Counted from the first letter of the stretch, positions 24,738 to 39,238 are shown. The stretch is DNA of 64,000 nt from Squalus acanthias (GCA_030390025.1 JASTWF010000180.1:434001-498000), one strand, 5' to 3'. Notes: a model not told the origin generated them from the sequence alone. Numbers and translations are program-made.

Positions 24738-25206
24738 ATGAGGTCGGCGATTTCTCTCGGCCTACTGCTTGGTTTCCTATCCAGTGCGTAGCTATAATGT
24801 TCCGAATTGTTCCAATCTTTCTGTTTCGCTGTTAGTCCCTCTCGGGGGGCGTTACAGTACCAGGAGTCACCACCATACTTAATGCTTCTTTACTTTTATA
24901 GGTGTCCAGTCGGATGTGGTGTTGACTCAGCCAGAGGCAGAGACCAGGCGTCTCGGACAGTCCCTGAGACTGACCTGTAAAACCAGCGGGTTCGATCTTG
25001 GCAACGGCTGGATGTACTGGTACCGACAAAGCCCCGGGAAGGGTTTGGATTGGCTAGTTTTGTACTATAGTAATGACAAAATCCAGTACCATGAAGAAGT
25101 TAGAGAACGAGTTACTGCTTCCAAAGACATTTCAAACAATATCTTCGCTTTGGGTATGAAGGGATTGACAATGGGAGACAGCGCCACTTATTATTGCGCT
25201 CAGAGT
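24738..25206 (+). CDS. IgH-like V gene segment V5 (leader exon 24738-24783, V exon 24902-25206)
   Basis: Leader [19 protein letters not shown]; CDR1 GNGWMY, FR2 [11 protein letters not shown]2 [10 protein letters not shown]. Confidence 0.95.
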
Positions 25207-25245
25207 CACAGTGATACAGGTCAGACCCAGACTTGTACAAAAAAC
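25207..25245 (+). other. 23-RSS of V5 (nonamer ACAAAAAAC)
   Basis: CACAGTG + 23 nt + ACAAAAAAC (one extra A in the run). Confidence 0.92.
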
Positions 25246-28200
25246 AGAAAAGAGGAAATGCAGCAGTTTCCGCCATCATCAAACACCAATAAATCCAATG
25301 TTGACAGCAGTTCATAGAAACAAAAAACTATACAGCACAGAAAGCGGCCATTCGGCCCATAATGCCTGTGCTGGCTCATTCAAAGAGCTATTCAATTAGT
25401 CCCACTCTCCTACACTTTTCCCATAGCCGTGTATTTTTTTCTTTTTCGAGTAATTATCCAATTCCGTTTTGAAAGTTATCATTGAATTTGGTTCCTCTAG
25501 TCTTTCAGGCAGTGCGTTCCAGACCATAACAACTCGCTGCGTAATCTTTTTATCCTCAAGTCGCCTCTGGTTCTTTTGCCAATTGCCTTAACTCTGTGTC
25601 CTTCACCTGAAACAATTTAACTCTGTTTCTCTCTCCACAGATGCTGCCTGACCTGCTGAGCCTTTCCAGCATTTTCTTTTTTAATTTCAGGTTTCCAGCA
25701 TCCGCAGTATTTTGCTTTTGTTTCCATGTTTTTGTACTCTATGCCTCTACTTATAAAGCCAATGATCCAGATTTACTTTACAACAGACTTTTCAACTAGT
25801 CCTGCCACGTTCAAAGACGGGTGTAGCTATACCCTGTTCCAGCACCCCTTTTAAAATTGTACCAAATAGTTTATTTTGCCTCTCTTCATTCTTCCTACCA
25901 AAATGAATCACCTCAAACTTCTCTACATTAAATTTCCTCTGCGGTGTGTCTGGCCATTTCATCACTCTGTCGATATCGTTCTGAGCTGTGTTACTATCCT
26001 CCTCACTGTTCACTAGATTTCAGAGTTTCGTGTTATCTGAAAACATTGAAAGTATGCCCTTTACACACAAATCCAGGGCATTACTATAAAGATCAAAAAG
26101 AGCAGTGGCCCCACACCGTGCTCTGGAGGACACCACTGCACACTTCCTTCCAGTCAGACAATCAACCATTCACCACTGCTCTGCGTTCTGCCCCTCAGCT
26201 AACTTCGTGTTCCCGCAGGTACTGCCCCTTTAATCCCATGTGCTTCAATTTTGCTAACAAGTCTATCATGGGGTATTTTATCAAACGCCAATGGAAAATC
26301 AATGCACACAACATGAAACGCACTACCTTCATCCACCCTCTGTTAATTTATCAAAAAAACTGGAACAAGTTAATCAAACACAAATGTTTTTTTTATTCTT
26401 CGTTCATGGGATGTGGCAAGGCCAGCATTTATTGGCCATCCCTAATTGCCCTTGAGAAGGCGGTGGTGAGCCGCCTCCTTGGACCGCTGCAGTCGGTGTG
26501 CTTTTAGGGAGGGAGTTCCAGGATTTTGACACAGCGACGATGAAGGATTGGCGATATATTTGTAAGTCAGGAAGGTGTGTGACTTCGAGGGGAACTTGGA
26601 GGTGGTGGTGTTCCCTTGCGCCTGCTTCCCTTGTCCTTCTTGGTGGTAGATGTCCCGGGTTTGGGGGGTGGTGTCGAAGAAGTCTTGGTGTGTTGATGCA
26701 GTGCATCTTATAGATGGTAAGCCCTGCTGCCATGGTATGCCGGTGTGTGAACGGAGTGAATGTTTAAGGTGGTGGATGGGGTGCCAATCAAGTGGGCTGC
26801 TTTGTCCTGGCCGTTGTCGAGTTTCTTGTGTGTTGTTGGAGCTGCAGTGATCCAGGCAAGTGTAGAGTATTCCGTCACACTCCTTACTTGTGCCATGTAG
26901 ATGGTGGAAAGGCTTTGGAGAGTCAGGAGGTGAGACACTCGCGGCAGAATACCCAGCCTCTGACCTGCTCTTGTTGCCACTGTATTTATGTGACTGGTCC
27001 AGTTAAGTTTCTGGTCAATGGTGACCCCCAGGATATTGATGGTTTTGGATTCAGTGATGGTGATGCATTTGAATGTCAAGGGGAAATGATTAGACTCTCG
27101 CTTGTTGGAGATAGTCATTGCCTGGCAATTGTGTGGCGCCAATGTTAACTGCCACTTATCGGCCCAAACCTGAACATAAAAACACAAGAACATAAGAAAT
27201 AGGAGCAGGAGTAGGCCATTCGGCCCTTCTAGCCTGCTCCGCCGTTCAATGAGATAATGGCTGATCTTCTGCCTTAACTCCATTCACCAGCACTATCAGC
27301 ATATCCGTTGATGCCCTTACTAGTCAGAAAACTATCGACTTCAGTTTTGAATATACCCAACGACTGACCCTCCACAGCTCTCTGGGGTAGTGAATTCCAA
27401 AGATTCACCAACATCTGTGTGAAAAGAAATCCTCTCCACTCAGTCCAGAAGGGCCTACCCTTTCTCCTAAGGCTGTGGCCCCTGGTCCTAGACTCCGCAG
27501 CCAAGGGAATCATTCTCCCAGCATCCACGCTACCAAGCTCTGTAACAATTTTGTATGCTTCAATGAGATCCCCTCTCATTCTTCTGAATTCAAGAGAATA
27601 CAGGCCTAGTTTACTCAATCTCTTCTCATACGAAAGTCCATCCATCCCAGGAATCAATCTCGTGAAACTTCGTTGCACGCCCTCTATGCCAAGTATATCC
27701 TTCCTTAGGTAAGGAGACCAAAATTGTACACAGTACACCAGGTGTGGTCTCACCAAGGCCCTATATAATTGGAGTAAGACTTCTTTACTCATGTACTCAA
27801 ATCCTCTTGATATGAAGGCCAGCATATCATTTGCCTTCCTAATGGCTTGCTGCACGTGCACATTCACTTTCGGTGACTCATGTAAAAGGACACCCAGGAC
27901 CCTTTGAGCATCTGCATTTCCCAATCTTTCACCATTTAGGAAATACTCTGCCTTTCTGTTTTTTCTACCAAAGTGGATAACTTCACATTTATCCATCTTA
28001 TATTCTATCTGCTATGTTCTGGCCCACTCACTGAGCCTGTCGAGATCCCCTTTAAACTTCTTCACATCCTCTTCGCAATTGACACTGCCACCTAGCTTTG
28101 TATCATCAGCAAATTTGGAAATGTTACATTTAGTTCCCTCTTCCAAATCATTGATATAGATTGTGAATTCCTGGGGCCCAAGCAGCGATCCTTGCGGTAC

Positions 28201-28881
28201 CCCATTAGTCACAGCCTGCCATCCTGAAAAAGACCCGTTTATCCCTACACTTTGTTTTCTGTCTGTTAACTAATTATCAATCCATGCTATTATATTACCC
28301 CCAATTCCAAGTGCATTAATTTTGTTCACCAACCTCTTGTGTGGGACCTTATCGAAGGCCTTCTGAAAATCCAAATACACCACTTCTAACGGTTCCCCTT
28401 TGTCTACTCCACTAGTTACATCCTCAAAGAACTCCAATAGGTTTGTTAAACTGGATTTCCCTTTCATCAATCCATGTTGACTCTGCCCAATCTTACTATT
28501 AGTTTCTAAGTGCCCAGTAATTGCATCCGGTATAATAGATTCCAGCGTCCTTGTGAACGTCCTCCAGGTCTTGTTGGATGCGGGCATGGACTGCTTCATT
28601 ATCTGAGGAGTTGTGAATGCCACTGAACACTGTGCAGTCATCAGACCGACGTCAAGAATGAGCCATTGTAAAGACACAGTTTGTGTTTCGGTGGATGCTA
28701 TCACGTGATTGCAGTCGACGTCGATTGCATGCAACCAATAGCTGGCGACTTCAAACCCGCCCCTTTCTGCATTTTGCATAAAGCCCCGTAAGTGAGTTTC
28801 GGTATCCAACAATCCAGGACCTACGTGGCCCAGTGAGTGACTGAAGGAGCGGCTGCCTAATTCAGCTAAATGCCCAGAAGC

Positions 28882-29351
28882 ATGAGGTCGGCGATTTCTC
28901 TCGGCCTACTGCTTGGTTTCCTATCCAGTGCGTAGCTATAACTGTTCCATAATGTTCCAATCTTTCTGTTTCGCTGTTAGTCCCTCTTGGGTGGCTTCAC
29001 AGAGCCAGGAGTCACCACCATAATTAATGCTTCTTTACTTTTACAGGTGTCCAGTCGGATGTGGTGTTGACTCAGCCAGAGGCAGAGACCAGGCGTCTCG
29101 GACAGTCCCTGAGACTGACCTGTAAAACCAGCGGGTTCGATCTTGGCAGCAATTGGATGTACTGGTACCGACAAAGCCCCGGGAAGGGAATGGATTGGCT
29201 AGTTTCGTACCTTAGTCAACACGGCAACCAGTACGATCAAGAAGTTAAAGAACGAGTTACTGCTTCCAAAGACCTTTTAAATAATATCTTCGCTTTGAGT
29301 ATCAAGAGATTGACAATGGGAGACAGCGCCACTTATTATTGCGCTCAGAGT
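28882..29351 (+). CDS. IgH-like V gene segment V6 (leader exon 28882-28927, V exon 29047-29351)
   Basis: Open V exon; CDR1 GSNWMY, CDR2 [10 protein letters not shown]. Confidence 0.95.
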
Positions 29352-29390
29352 CACAGTGATACAGGTCAGACCCAGACTTGTACAAAAACA
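29352..29390 (+). other. 23-RSS of V6
   Basis: CACAGTG + 23 nt + ACAAAAACA. Confidence 0.95.
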
Positions 29391-30417
29391 GAAAAGAGGA
29401 AATGCAGCAGTTTCCGCAATCATCAAACACCAATAAATCCACTGTTGACAGCAGTTCATAGAAACAAAAAACTATACAGCACAGAAAAGGGCCATTCGGC
29501 CCATATTGCCTGTGCTGGCTCATTCAAACAGCTTATCAATTAGTCACACTCTCTTACACTTTTCCCATAGCCCTGTAAATTTTTCTTTTTCGAGTATTTA
29601 TCCAATTCCCTTTTGAAAGTTATCATTGAACTTGGTTCCACCAGTCTTTCAGGCAGTGCATTCCAGACCATAACAACTCGCTGCGTAATATTTTTATCCT
29701 CAAGTCGCCTCTGGTTCTTTTGCCAATTGCCTTAACTCTGTGTCCTAAACCTGAAACAATGTAACTCTGTTTCTCTCTCCACAGATGCTGCCTGACCTTC
29801 TGAGCATTTCCAGCATTTTCTGTTTTAATTTCAGGTTTCCAGCATCCGTAGTATTTTGCTTTTGTTTCCATGTTTTTGTACTCTATGCCTCTACTTATAA
29901 AGCCAATGATCCAGATTTACTTTACAACAGCCTTTTCGAATTGTCCTACCACGTTCAAAGACGGGTGTAGGTATACCCTGTTCCAGGACCCCGTTTAACA
30001 TTGTACCAAATAGTTTATATTGCCTCTCCTCATTCTTCCGACCAAAATGAATCACCTCAAACTTCTCTGCATTAAATTTCTTCTGCCGTGTGTCTGGCCA
30101 TTTCATCAATCTGTCTGTATCGTCCTGAGCTGTGTAATTATCCTCCTCACTGAATACTAGATTACCGAGTTTCGCGTTATCTGAAAACATTGAAAGTATG
30201 CCCTTTACATACAAGTCCAGGGCATTCATTTTAAGATCAAAAAGAGCAGTGGCCCCAACACCGAGCGCTGGAGGACACCACTGCACACTTTCTTCCAGTC
30301 AGACAATCAACCGTTCACCACTATTCTGCGTTCTTCTAACTTCGTGATCCCGCAGCTACTGACCCTTTAATCCCAAGTGCTTCAATTTTGCTAACAAGTC
30401 TATCGTGGGGTTTTTAT

Positions 30418-33400
30418 CATAGAAACATAGAAACATGGAAGATAGGAGCAGGATTAGGCCTTTCGGCCCCTCGAATCTGTTCCGCCATTTAATGAGATCA
30501 CGGCTGATCATCCAAATTCAGTACCCTGTCCCTGCTTTCTCCCCATATCCCTTGTACCCTTTAGCCTTAAGAAATATATCTAACTCCTTCTTGAATATAT
30601 TTAATGAATTGTCCTCAACTGCCTTGTGTCGTACAGAATTCCATAGGTTCACCACTCTCTGGGTGATGAAATTCCTCCTCATCTCAGTCCTAAATGGCTT
30701 ATCACTAATCCTTAGACTGTGACCCCTGGTTCTAGACTCACCCGCCATCGGGAACATCCTTCCTGCCTCTAGTCCTGTTGGAATTTTATATAAGTTTCAA
30801 TAAGATGCCCTCTCATTCTTCTAAACTCTAGCGAATATAAGCCCAATCGACCCAATCTCTCCTCATACGTTATTCCTGCCATCCCAGGTATCAGCCTGGT
30901 GAATCTTCGCTGCACTCTCTCCACGGCAAGAACATCCTTCCTCAGATAAGGCGACCAAAACTGCACACAATACTCAAGGTGTGGTCTCACCAAGGCCCTG
31001 TACAACTGAAGCAAGACATCCTTGCTCCTGTACTCGAATCCTCTTGCTATGAAGGCCAACATACCATTTGCCTTCTTAACCGCCTGCTGCACCTGCATGT
31101 TTACCTTCAGCGACTGGTGCACAAGGACACCCAGGTCTCGTTGCACTTCCCCTTTTCCCAATCTATTGCCGTTCAGATAATAACCTGCCTTCCTGTTTTT
31201 GCCACCAAAGGTGATAACCTCGCATTTATCCACATTATACTGCATCTGCCATGCATCTGCCCAATCATCCAACCTGTCCAAATCATACTGGAGTTTCTCT
31301 GCATCCTCCTCACAGCACACACGCCCACCCAGCTTTGTGTCGTCTGCAAACTTGGAGATATTACATCTAGTTCCCTCGTTAATAATATATATTGTGAATA
31401 GCTGAGGTCCAAGCACCAATCCCTGCGGTACCCCACTTGTCACTGCCTGCCACTCGGAAAAAGACCCGTTTATTCCAACTCTTTGCTTCCTGTCTGCCAA
31501 ACAGTTCTCTATCCAAGTCTGTACCTTACCCCCAATCCCATGCGCTTTAACTTTGCACGCTAATCTCTTATGTGGGACCTTATCAAAAGCCTTCTGTAAA
31601 TCCAAATACACCACATCCACTGGTTCTCACTTATCTATTCTGCCAGTTACATGCTCAAAAATTCCAGTAGATTTGTCAAGCATGATTTGCCTTTTGTAAA
31701 TCCAATTTGACTTTGTCCGATCCTGTCACTGTTTTCCAAGTGCTCTGCTATTACATCTTTTATAATGGACTCTAGCATTTTCCCCACTACCGATGTCAGG
31801 CTTACCCGTCTATAAAACACCGTTTTCTCTCTACCACTTTTTTAAATCGTGGGGTTACATTAGCTACACTCCAATCCATGGGAACTGTTCCAGAGTCTAT
31901 AGAATTTTGGAAGATGACCAGCAATGCATTTGCTATTTCTAGGGCCACTTCCTTAAGTAACCTAGCATATAGATTATCAGGCCCTGGGGATTTATTCAAT
32001 CCCGTCAATTTCCCTAACACCATTTCCGTACAAATACTGATTTCATTCAGTTCCTTATTCTCATTAGACCCTATGTTCCCCGACATCTCTGGCAGATTAT
32101 TTGTGTCCTCCTTTGTGAAGACAGAACCAAAGTATGTATTTAATTGGTCTGCCGTTTCTTTGTTCCCCATTATAAATTCCCCTGATTCTGACTGCAAGGG
32201 ACCTACACTTGACTTCAACTATCTTTTTCTCTTTACATATCTATAGAAGATTTTACAGTCAGTTTTTATGTTCCCTGAAAGCTTACTCACATACTCTATT
32301 TTCCCCCTCTTAATTCATGCCTTTTTCCTCCATTGCTGAATCCTTAGCTGCTCCCACTCCTGAGGTTTGCTGCTTTTTCCTCCCAATTTATATCTGGTCT
32401 CCTTGGATCTTATGCGGTCCCTAATTTCAATTTTTAGTCAGGTTTGAGTCACTTTTTTTGTTTTATTTTCTGCCAAACGGGGATGAATAAATTCTGTAGT
32501 TCATCCATGCAATCTTTAAATGTTTGCCATTGCCTATCTACCGTCAACCCTTTAAGTAACGTCCCCCAATCCATCCTAGCCAACTCACGCCTCATACCTT
32601 CGTAGTTTCCTTTATTTAAATTCAGGACCCTAGTCTCTGAGTCAACTACTTCACTCTTCATCTTAATGAAGAATTCTATCATATTATGATCGCTCCTCCC
32701 CAAGGGGCCTCGCACAACAAGATTGCTAATTAATCCTTTCTCATTACATAATACCCAGTCTAAGATGGCCTGATCTCTAGTTGGTTCCTCGACATATTGA
32801 CCCAGGAAACCATTCTGTATACACTCTAGGAATTCCCCCTCCACAATATTGTTACTAATTTGGTTAGCCCAATTATATGTAGATTAAAGTCACCCATGAT
32901 AACTGCTGTGCCCTTATTGCACGCATCTCTAATTTCCTGTTTAATGCCATCCCCCATCTCAGCATCACTGTTTGGGGTTCTGTATACAAGTCCCACTAAC
33001 GTTTTCTGCACCTTGGTATTTCTCAGCTCTACCCATACAGATTCCACATCATCAGAGCTAATATCCTTCCTTACTATTGTGTTAATCTCCTCTTTAACCA
33101 GCAATGCTACCCCACCTCCTTGTCCTTTTTGCCTGTCCTTCTTGAATATTGAATATTCCTGGATGTTGAATTCCCAGCTTTGGTCACCCTGGAGCCATGT
33201 CTCCGTAATCCCAATTATATCATATCCGTTTACATCTATTTGTGCAGCTAATTCATCCACCTTATTATGAATGCTCCTTGCATTAAGACACAAGGCTTGT
33301 TTTTTTAACACTCTCAGTTGTTTTAGAATTATTGTTTACTGTGGCCCTGTTTGATTGACAGCCTTGATTTCTCTGACTTCCACGTTTGCTTTTCTCCTTC

Positions 33401-34852
33401 CTGTCTTTTGCTTCTATCCTTGCTTCCCTTTCCTCTGTCTCCCTGCACAGGTTCCCAACCTCCTGCCATTTTAGTTTAAAACCTCCCAAACAGCACTAGC
33501 AAACACTCCCCCTAGGACATCTGTCCCGGTCCTGCCCAGGTCCGAACCGTCCAGTTTGTACTGGTCCCACCTCCCCCAGAACCGTTTCCAATGTCCCAAG
33601 AATTTGAATCCCTCCCCCTTGCACCATTCCTCTAGCCACGTATTCATCTGAAATATCCTTCTATTTCTACTCTGACTAGCACGTGGCAACGGTAGCATTC
33701 CTGAGATTACTACCTTTGAGGTCCTATTTTTTAATTTACCTCCAAACTCCCTATATTCAGCTTTTAGAACTTCATCCCGTTTTTTACCTATATCGTTGGT
33801 ACCTATATGCACCACGACACCTGGCTGTCCACCCTCCACCTCCAGAATGCCCTGCAGGCGCTCCGAGACATCCTTGATCCTTGCACCAGGGAGGCAACAT
33901 ACCATTCGGGAGTCTCGTTTGCGGCCGCACAAGCGCCTATCTATTCCCCTTACAATCGAATCCCCTAACACTATAGCTCTCCCGCTCTTTTTCCTCCCGT
34001 CCTGTGCAGCAGAACCACCTATGCTGCCAGGAAGTTGGCTGCTGCTGCCTTTCCCCAATAAGCTGTCTCCCTGAACAATATCCAAAGCGGTGTATCTGTT
34101 TGAAAGGGGGATGGCCACAGGGGACCCCTGTAATACCTGCCTGTGCCTACCACGCTGCCTGGCGGTCACCCATTCCCTTCCTGCCTGTGCAGCCTTTACC
34201 TGCGGTGTGACCAACTAATTAACCGTGCTATCCACGACGACCTCAACATCGCGAATGCTCCAGTAGGTATCCATTCGCAGCTCGAGCACCGCAATGGGTT
34301 CTGCCAGTAGCTGCAGCTGGATACACTTCCCACACACATGGTTGTCAGGGACACAAGAAGTGTCCTTGATTTCCCACATAGTGCAGGAAGAGCATGCCAC
34401 GGGGCCGAGCTGTGCTGCCATGACTTACCCATTAATTAATTTAAATTAAATTAAATCAAATCAATACCACTGATTACACTACAATTAAATGATATACTCA
34501 AGGGCCCTTGTTTACTAGCACTCCCCGCTACACAACAGAGACTTTAGAAACTATAACCACAAAATTAAGCCCTTCTAAACTTTATAAACCTTAACTGTCA
34601 AACTATAAATTAGTATAAATACTCACCTGGCTCTACTCACCCAAACAGCTGCTTCCTCTTGCTCGTGTCACTTTTTGAATCGTGACGTGGCTCTGGAACG
34701 CCGCCACCGGTCTGCGAGATTGGTAAGCCTCTGAGGACAAAAGCCAGCTAAAGTAAGTTTAACTACTCACTGTACCGCCGCTCTCTGCAGCTCCAGATAC
34801 CGGCCTCTGTAAAAAAGCCCGCGAAAGTGAGTTTAGCTACTCAATGTACTGC
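30418..34852 (-). mobile_element. Near-full-length degenerate CR1-clade LINE (5' UTR, ORF1 zinc finger/esterase, ORF2 APE-RT; multiple stops and frameshifts)
   Basis: CSSC..CGKC, VLGDSIVR, HIGTND, NARS, ITETWL, GDFN, SDH, FADD on the minus strand; (CATAGAAA)n tail at 30418; interrupts the unit sequence TTTATCA|..|CGCCAATG; no clear TSD. Confidence 0.93.
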
Positions 34853-35610
34853 CGCCAATGAAAAATCCATATACACAAGATGAAACGCACTACCTTCATC
34901 CACTCTCTCCGTTACTTTATCAAAAAAACTGGAACAAGTTGGTCAAACACAAATGTTATTTTATTCTTCGTTCCTGGGATGTGGGCGTCGCTAATTGCCC
35001 TTGAGAAGGCGGTGGTGAGCCGCCTTCTTGAACCGCTGCAGTCCGTGTGCTGAAGGTACTCCCACAGTGCTGTTAGGGAGGGTGTTCCAGGATTTTGACG
35101 CAGTGACGGTTAAGGATCGGCGATACACTTGTAAGTCAGGATGGTGTGTGACTTCGAGGGAAACTTGGAGGTGGAGCTGTTCCCATGCGCCTGCTGCCCT
35201 GGTCCTTCGAGGTGGTAGATGCTGCGGGTATGGGAGGTCGTGCCAAAGAAGTCTTGGTGAGTTGCTGCAGTGCATCTTGTAGATGGTACACACCGCAGCC
35301 ATGGTACGCCGGTGGTGGAGCGAGTGAATGTTTAAGGTGGTGGGTGGGGTGCCGATCAAGCGGGGTGCTTTGTCCTGGATGGTGTCGAGTTTCTTTAGTG
35401 TTGTTGGAGCTGCACTCATCCAGGCAAGTGGAGAGTATTTCATCACACTCCTTACTTGTGCCTTGCAGATAGTGAAAAGGCTTTGGGGAGTCAGGAGGTG
35501 AGACACTCGCCGCAGGATACCTCGCCTCTGACCTGTTCTGGTGGTCACAGAATGTATGTGGCTGGTCCAGTTAAGTTTCTGGTCAATGATGACCCCCAGG
35601 ATGTTGATGG

Positions 35611-36937
35611 TGTAGGCTTCGCAACATCCCCCAGAAACTCGAACAGAACTCTAAAGGGAGTGATTTTTGACATTTCATACAAACTTGGGATGATGGGACC
35701 TAAGTGAAGTTATTTGAGGTAAAAACCTCAGTTTTGGACATTTTTAAGATCAGGGAAGAAGAACCCTGAGGAAACTGACTTTTGAATCTTACTGTTGGGA
35801 AAGACACCTTTCACAGACACAAGTCAGGCTGCGGAGGGGCGTGGCCAGGCAGTGGACAGCTTTGGATATTGGGGCCCAGTCAAGCTGTCTGGGAATTGTT
35901 TACACTGCAATCCTACCAAGGAGGAAGAGACAAACCCAAAACCTCACGCATACATCGAAATATGAATAATCCAAGACCCCTTTTGAAATTCCCATTCCCA
36001 AACACGATACCAGAAGCCTGAAATCAATAAAACATTTAGTACCCCGATTACTTCATCAAAAACCAATCAACCAGGTATCCACAGGGACAGATTTACAACC
36101 CCGCCAAAAACCTGGGACCATAGGGACAAGATTTGGCGAGCAGATAAATGCCCTGCCTAAATGGGAAACATTGGAAGCCATCAGGACATGTTTAACACCA
36201 AGTTAAAGCCATCGAAACTGACAAGCCCACTAAAACTAAGACAATGGAATAAACAGGGCTCAATTGAAATCTAAAGGAAACCGATTTAGTAAGGGGTTTT
36301 TGGCGCGAAAAGGTCAAAGGGCATGAACAGTATAATTGGGGGCCTAATCCCCCAAGACAGTCTCTCTCTGGACTCTCTGACAACGCTCTCAACGCTCGCA
36401 CAGCTCTCTCACTCAGCTCTGTTCCAGCAAGACACCACAAGCCACGAGCATGAGGAGGAAAGAAGGTCAACAACTTCACAAGCAGACCAGCATGCAAGAA
36501 GAAACCAGAGCGACTGCCTCAGTGACCCTGGACACCTCGCGGCAACAAGGGCCTTATGAAACATTTTACTCAAAAGACTCTAAACCCTAGCTCTCAACTG
36601 TCAAGGATTCGTCTGGTGAGAATTATCCCTGATCTCCTGAAACCAAAACCTAGCTAGATAGTGGGATTTTTTGGAGGGATCAGGTTTTTTTGTATATTGT
36701 CTTCCCCCTCGCCTGTTCCGTCTGTTCTGCAACCTGTGTTTTAGTGTAAAGTTTGTTTTAAGTTTGTTACATTTTTCTTTTAATAATGTCAAAATTCTTT
36801 CATCAAGTCATGTTGTCTAATGCATCTTTGTTCACAACCCCTAAATAAGTCCAAAGTCTAGAACCATGGGCGTGGGAGCGATTCGAACCGCTCACTGAGT
36901 CAGAGGTGAAGGCTGACCCCACACACCATTCCCTACA
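35611..36937. mobile_element. Solo LTR (1327 bp), Gypsy- or ERV-type
   Basis: TGTAGG...CCTACA inverted termini, 4-bp TSD ATGG (35607-35610, 36938-36941), interrupts a LINE remnant, no retroviral ORFs. Confidence 0.85.
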
Positions 36938-38768
36938 ATGGTGGGGGATTCGGCGATGGTAATGCCGTTGAATGTCAAGGGGAGGTGATTAGACTCTCGC
37001 TTGTTTGAGATAGTCGTTGCCACGCACTTGTGTGGCACCAATGTTAACTGCCACTTATCAGCCCAAACCTGAACATAAGAACATAAGAAATAGGAGCAGG
37101 AGTAGGCCATTCGGCCCTTCGAGCCTGCTCCGCCATTCAATGAGATCATGGCTGATCTTCTGCCTCAACTCCATTCACCAGCCCTATCGCCATATGCCTT
37201 GATGCCCTTACTAGTCAGAAATATATCGACTTCTGTTTTGAATAGACCCAATGACTGAGCCGCCACCGCCCTCTGGGGTAGAGAATTCCAAAGATTCACC
37301 ACCCTCTGTGTGAAAATTTTCTTCTCATCTCAGTCCTGAGTGGCTTACCCTTTATACTGAGGCTGTGGCCCCTGGTTCTAGACTCCCCAGCCAAGGGAAA
37401 CTTTCTCCCAGCATCCACCCTATCAAGCCCTGTAATAATTGTGTATGCTTCAATGAGATCCCCTCTCATTCTTCTGAATTCAAGAGAATACAGGCCTAGT
37501 TTACTCAATCTCTTCTCATACGACAGTCCCGCCATCCCAGGAATCAATCTTGTGAACCGTCGTTGCACTCCCTCTATGGCAAGTATATCCTTCCTTAGGA
37601 AAGGAGACCAAAATTGTACACAGTACTCCAGGTGTGGTCTCACCAAGGCCCTATATAATTGGAGTAAGACTTCTTTACTCCCGGACTCAAATGCACTTGT
37701 AATGAAGGCCAGCATATCATTTGTCTTCCTAATGGCTCGCTGCACCTGCACAATCACTTTCAGTGACTCATGTACAAGCACACGCAAGCCCCTTTGAGCA
37801 TCTGCATTCGCCAATCTTTCATCTTTTAGGATATACTCTGCCTTTCTGTTTTTTCTACCAAAATGGATAACTTCACATTTATCCACGTTATATTCCATCT
37901 GCCATGTTCTCGCCCACTCACTAAGCCTGTCGAGACCCCCTGAAAACCTTTCACATCCTCTTCACAACTGACACAGCCACCTAGCTTTGTATCATCAGCA
38001 AATTTGGAAATTTTACATTTAGTCCCCTCATCCAAATCATTGATATAGATTGTGAATAGCTGGGGCCCAAGCACCGATCCTTGCGTTACCCCACTAGTCA
38101 CAGCCTCCCTTCCTGAAAAAGACCCGTTTATCCCTACTCTTTGTTTTCTGTCTGTTAACTAATTCTCAATCCATGCTAGTATATTCCCCCAATTCCATGT
38201 GCCCTAATTTTGTTCACCAACATCTTGTGTGCAACTATATCGAAGGCCTTCTGAAAATCCAAATACACCACATCTACCAGTTCCCCTTTCTCTACTCCAC
38301 TAGTTGCATCCTCAAAGAACACCAATAGGTTTGTTAAACAGGATTACCCTTTCATAAATCCATGTTGACTCTGCCCAATCTTACTATTAGTTTCTACGTG
38401 CCCAGTTATTGCATCATTTATAATAGATTCCAGCGTCTATCTGAACGTCGTCCAGGTCTTGTTGGATGCGGCCATGGACAGCTTCATTATCTGAGGAGTT
38501 GTGAATGCCACTGAACACTGTGCAGTCATCAGACCTACGTCAATAATGAGCCATTGTGAAGGCACAGATTGTATTTCGGTGGATGCTGTCACGTGATTGC
38601 AGTCGACGTCGGTTGCATGCAACCAATAGCTGGCGACTTCAAACCCGCCCTTTTCTTGCTTTTGCACAAAGCCCAAAAGTGAGGTTCGGGATCCAACAAT
38701 CCGTGAACTGCGTTGCCGAGTGAGTGAATGAAGGAGCGACTGCCTAATTGAGCCAAATGCCCAGAAGG

Positions 38769-39238
38769 ATGATGTCGGCGATTTCTCTCGGCCTACTGCT
38801 TGTTTTGCTATCCAGTGCGTAGCTATAACTGCTCCATATTGTTCCAATCTTTCTGTTTCGCTGTTAGTCCCTCTTGGGGGGCTTTACAGAGCTAGGAGTC
38901 ACCACCATAATTAATGCTTCTTTACTTTTATAGGTGTCCAGTCGGATGTGGTGTTGACTCAGCCAGAGGCAGAGACCAGGCGTCTCGGACAGTCCCTGAG
39001 ACTGACCTGTAAAACCAGCGGGTTCAATCTTGGCAGCAACTATATGTACTGGTACCGACAAAGCCCCGGGAAGGGAATGGATTGGCTCGTTTGGTACTAT
39101 AGTAAAGACAACAAGCAGTACCATCAAGAAGTTAGAGAACGAGTTACTGCTTCCAAAGACCTTTCAAACAATATCTTCGCTTTGGGTATCAAGGGATTGA
39201 CAATGGGAGACAGCGGCACTTATTATTGCGCACAGAGA
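38769..39238 (+). CDS. IgH-like V gene segment V7 (leader exon 38769-38814, V exon 38934-39238)
   Basis: Leader [19 protein letters not shown]; CDR1 GSNYMY, CDR2 [20 protein letters not shown]. Confidence 0.95.

Noticed and set aside
28270-28812. Antisense ORFs over the promoter (e.g. 180 aa ..GGFEVASYWLHAIDVDCNHV..) recurring in several units
   Set aside because: Length and frame vary between units and they run into CR1 RT remnants; recurrence reflects duplication rather than coding constraint
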